Both the position numbers and the translations under genes were made by a program. The notes beneath the pieces are model-generated. The model was given only the letters and a program-made list of their open reading frames with translations, had not been told where the DNA came from and searched no databases. A DNA stretch of 64,000 nucleotides from Selaginella moellendorffii (taxonomy: Eukaryota > Plantae > Lycopodiophyta): positions 3,542,559-3,606,558 of the forward strand of contig NW_003314268.1 in NCBI RefSeq assembly GCF_000143415.4, given 5' to 3'. This document shows positions 61,708-64,000 of this stretch, piece after piece (position 1 is the stretch's first letter; each line of letters opens with the position of its first letter).

Positions 61708-61901
61708 GTATCTGTGGAGACAAGTGATGACAAGTCTCCACGTCAGCAAAGAAGACAAGTCATTCATCCAAGACACCAACCGCCAAGCGTCACACCCATA
61801 CCGTTATGTACATAACCATACCAAAGCAATGAAGTCGACAGAGCATTCCGCATACACAAAAAATCACACATCTACATGGTATCGGGTTCGTTTCGATCCT
61901 G

Positions 61902-62114
61902 ATGGCGAAACACTGGCAAACACAGCAACGCGACGAGCAGGACCGCGCTAGGGCTCTCGCAGCCCTTGCTAGGGTGGAACGACGGATTCAAGACCGCAAG
62001 CGAGCGCAGCGTGATGCCCAGCCGTGCCTCTGCCCTCATTGTCGCTCTGTGTGCACAGCGTGTGGGCGTCCCTTCCAGCGATTCCCACCGCCTCCTCCCC
62101 CTCCTCGCTTCTAG
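61902..62114 (+). CDS. Small 70-aa ORF in the Copia leader (charged helix, Cys cluster, poly-Pro)
   Basis: The ATG lies 25 nt after the PBS start. Contains CLCPHCRSVCTAC and ends 36 nt before the gag ATG. Confidence 0.4.
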   Translation: MAKHWQTQQRDEQDRARALAALARVERRIQDRKRAQRDAQPCLCPHCRSVCTACGRPFQRFPPPPPPPRF

Positions 62115-62150
62115 CTTACTCCGCTGTCGTGTCCTTTCTCCTAGAAAATA

Positions 62151-64000
62151 ATGGCTACCAGTACTCCACCTCGCTCTACATCCAGAACCACCCTAGCAAG
62201 CACCATGGCCATCCCGGCTGGCAACTGGGATGCAGGATGGGAGAAGCTACTCCAGAAGTTCACGGGCGAGAACTTCACAACTTGGAAGACCAAAGTCCAA
62301 TTAATCTTAATGGCAAAAGATTGTTGGGATTTGGTGGAGGGAACCGAAGTGAGACCTCCAGATACAGAAGCAGCCTTGCAGGCTACTTGGGACTCAAAGA
62401 ACCACAAAGCCCTTTCCGTGATTGGACTGGGTCTTGGAGATGAATTTATTCATCTCCTTGATCTAGAAAAATCCGCCAAGGCCAATTGGGACTCCCTTTC
62501 CCAAGTCTTTGCAGCCAAAGCCGCTAATGCTAAATTGGTTCTGACCCAGAAATTTTTCTCCCTACGCATGCAGCCTGGTGAGACAATGGCAACATACATC
62601 GGGAAGCTCAAGGGCTTAATGCAGCAGCTGAAGGAAGTAGGTGCTGCAGTTTCCGATGACTATGCAAAAGCCTTCTTGCTGTACTCTGTATCCCCAGAGT
62701 TGCAACAATCGTCCTCCATGCTTTCTTTTGTCCCAGGCAAAACCATGGAGGAGCTCTACTCTGATCTGCTCGAGGAAGAGCGCAAGATTGCCGAGCGTCA
62801 AGCTGCCCATCAAGGATCCCCTCAGGCTGCTCGTGAGCAGGCCTTGTTTCTTGGTAAGAAACAATCGAGTGGGGAGCAGAAGAAAGGAGGCACTAGCCGT
62901 GGGCCTCGTATCTCTTCTGCTATAACTCCCAGCTCTGGATCTAACTTCTCCAAGAAGAAAAAGGGTCCTTGCAACTATTGTGGAAAGATGGGGCATGTCG
63001 AGCGTGAGTGCCGTGCAAAGAAGGCTGCCACCCAGCGCATGCTTACCCAGAGCAACTCGTTGTTGATGATGGCTCTTTACCCATCACCGGTGTCTGCTCT
63101 TGAGGTTCTATGGTTGGATAGTGGTGCCTCCTTTCACATGACTCCCTTAAGGTTTGCCTTTCACACTTACAAAGCTCTTCAAGCTCCACAACAGGTTTAT
63201 GTCGGCGACAAGCGACCACTCCAGGTGGAAGGTCGTGGCATGGTGGTGATCAGGCTATCCGATGGACCTCTTAAGGAGGTTCATCACGTGTACTTTGTAC
63301 CTGAAGCAGGGCAGACAGTTCTTTCTATTGGTGCAGCCTCAGATCAAGGCTTTACTACCACCTTCTTCCCAAAAGGGTGTACCATCCATGGTCGTGATGG
63401 TACTCCTGTAGCCAGTGGCGTGAGGTATGAAACACTCTACCGTTTAAACGCAGAACTGGTTTTTCCAGCTCAAGTGCTTGCTTTCCGAGCACAAGACACC
63501 ATTGAGCTCTGGCATGCTCGTTTGGGGCATGTCAATGAACGAGATCTGCATGCCTTAGCTCGTCACCAGCATGCTAAAGGCATCACGCTCCCAGCTGGCC
63601 ATCTGGGCGTGTGTGAAACTTGCTATCTTGGGAAGCAAGTTCGCCTTCCTTTTCCATCGAGAACCATGGAGGACCAAGCTACAGGCTTACTGGATCTGGT
63701 TCACAGTGACGTGTGCTACCTGCCCGTGGAAACACTCAGCCGCAAGAGGTACTTTGTATCTTTTATCGATGACCATTCCAGATATGCTGTGGTGAGCCTT
63801 CTCCACGCCAAGAGCGAAGTGTTCAACCACTTTAAGTTTTTTAAGAGCTGGGCAGAGACGTCTACTGGTCGAAAGATTCGTGTGTTACGCACAGATGGTG
63901 GTGGAGAGTACTTGAACAGAGAGTTTCTCAACTTTCTAGCTGAGGCTGGCATCGTTCATCAGTACACGACAGCCTATACTCCTCAACAGAACGGTGTGGC
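62151..64000 (+). CDS. Copia Gag-Pol polyprotein (partial: Gag, zinc knuckle, protease, integrase)
   Basis: FTGENFTTWK...CWDLV, CNYCGKMGHVEREC (62970), WLDSGASFHMT (63111), LWHARLGH...CETC and LVHSDV...FIDDHSRY...LRTDGGGEY...TPQQNGVA, with no stop seen. Confidence 0.96.
   Translation, partial: MATSTPPRSTSRTTLASTMAIPAGNWDAGWEKLLQKFTGENFTTWKTKVQLILMAKDCWDLVEGTEVRPPDTEAALQATWDSKNHKALSVIGLGLGDEFIHLLDLEKSAKANWDSLSQVFAAKAANAKLVLTQKFFSLRMQPGETMATYIGKLKGLMQQLKEVGAAVSDDYAKAFLLYSVSPELQQSSSMLSFVPGKTMEELYSDLLEEERKIAERQAAHQGSPQAAREQALFLGKKQSSGEQKKGGTSRGPRISSAITPSSGSNFSKKKKGPCNYCGKMGHVERECRAKKAATQRMLTQSNSLLMMALYPSPVSALEVLWLDSGASFHMTPLRFAFHTYKALQAPQQVYVGDKRPLQVEGRGMVVIRLSDGPLKEVHHVYFVPEAGQTVLSIGAASDQGFTTTFFPKGCTIHGRDGTPVASGVRYETLYRLNAELVFPAQVLAFRAQDTIELWHARLGHVNERDLHALARHQHAKGITLPAGHLGVCETCYLGKQVRLPFPSRTMEDQATGLLDLVHSDVCYLPVETLSRKRYFVSFIDDHSRYAVVSLLHAKSEVFNHFKFFKSWAETSTGRKIRVLRTDGGGEYLNREFLNFLAEAGIVHQYTTAYTPQQNGV

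Larger units (their letters stand above)
61713..64000 (+). mobile_element. Ty1/Copia LTR retrotransposon: 5' LTR about 61713-61876, PBS at 61877, continues beyond the window
   Basis: LTR TGTGGA...TCTACA followed directly by TGGTATC, then an intact gag-pol ORF. Confidence 0.9.

Overview
Plant genomic DNA with three N-gaps. Introns of about 50-65 bp, tight gene packing and the gene content suggest a lycophyte such as Selaginella (inference). Positions 1-44,800 are AT-rich and full of decayed, nested transposons with heavy C->T/G->A mutation. They include several copies of one Gypsy-like LTR family, three solo LTRs with perfect 5-bp target-site duplications (TSDs), a MULE/SWIM transposase remnant, and one intact GC-rich Crinkler-like gene (NTPase, restriction-endonuclease-fold (REase) domain, PHD finger). 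Hidden in this block, and missed by the ORF track, are two inverted decayed copies of a multi-exon gene. It encodes a ParB/Srx-like domain followed by a beta-class (N4-cytosine/N6-adenine) DNA methyltransferase and lies divergent from the MULE transposase. Positions 44,800-64,000 are gene-dense: an Agenet-ENT gene, CSLD, a RanBP2 zinc-finger gene, a tandem-duplicated beta-propeller-like gene, an intron-containing fungal-type DIT1/PvcA isocyanide synthase, a Fic-domain gene, and a 2OG-Fe(II) dioxygenase whose 5' end is interrupted by a young Copia element running off the window.
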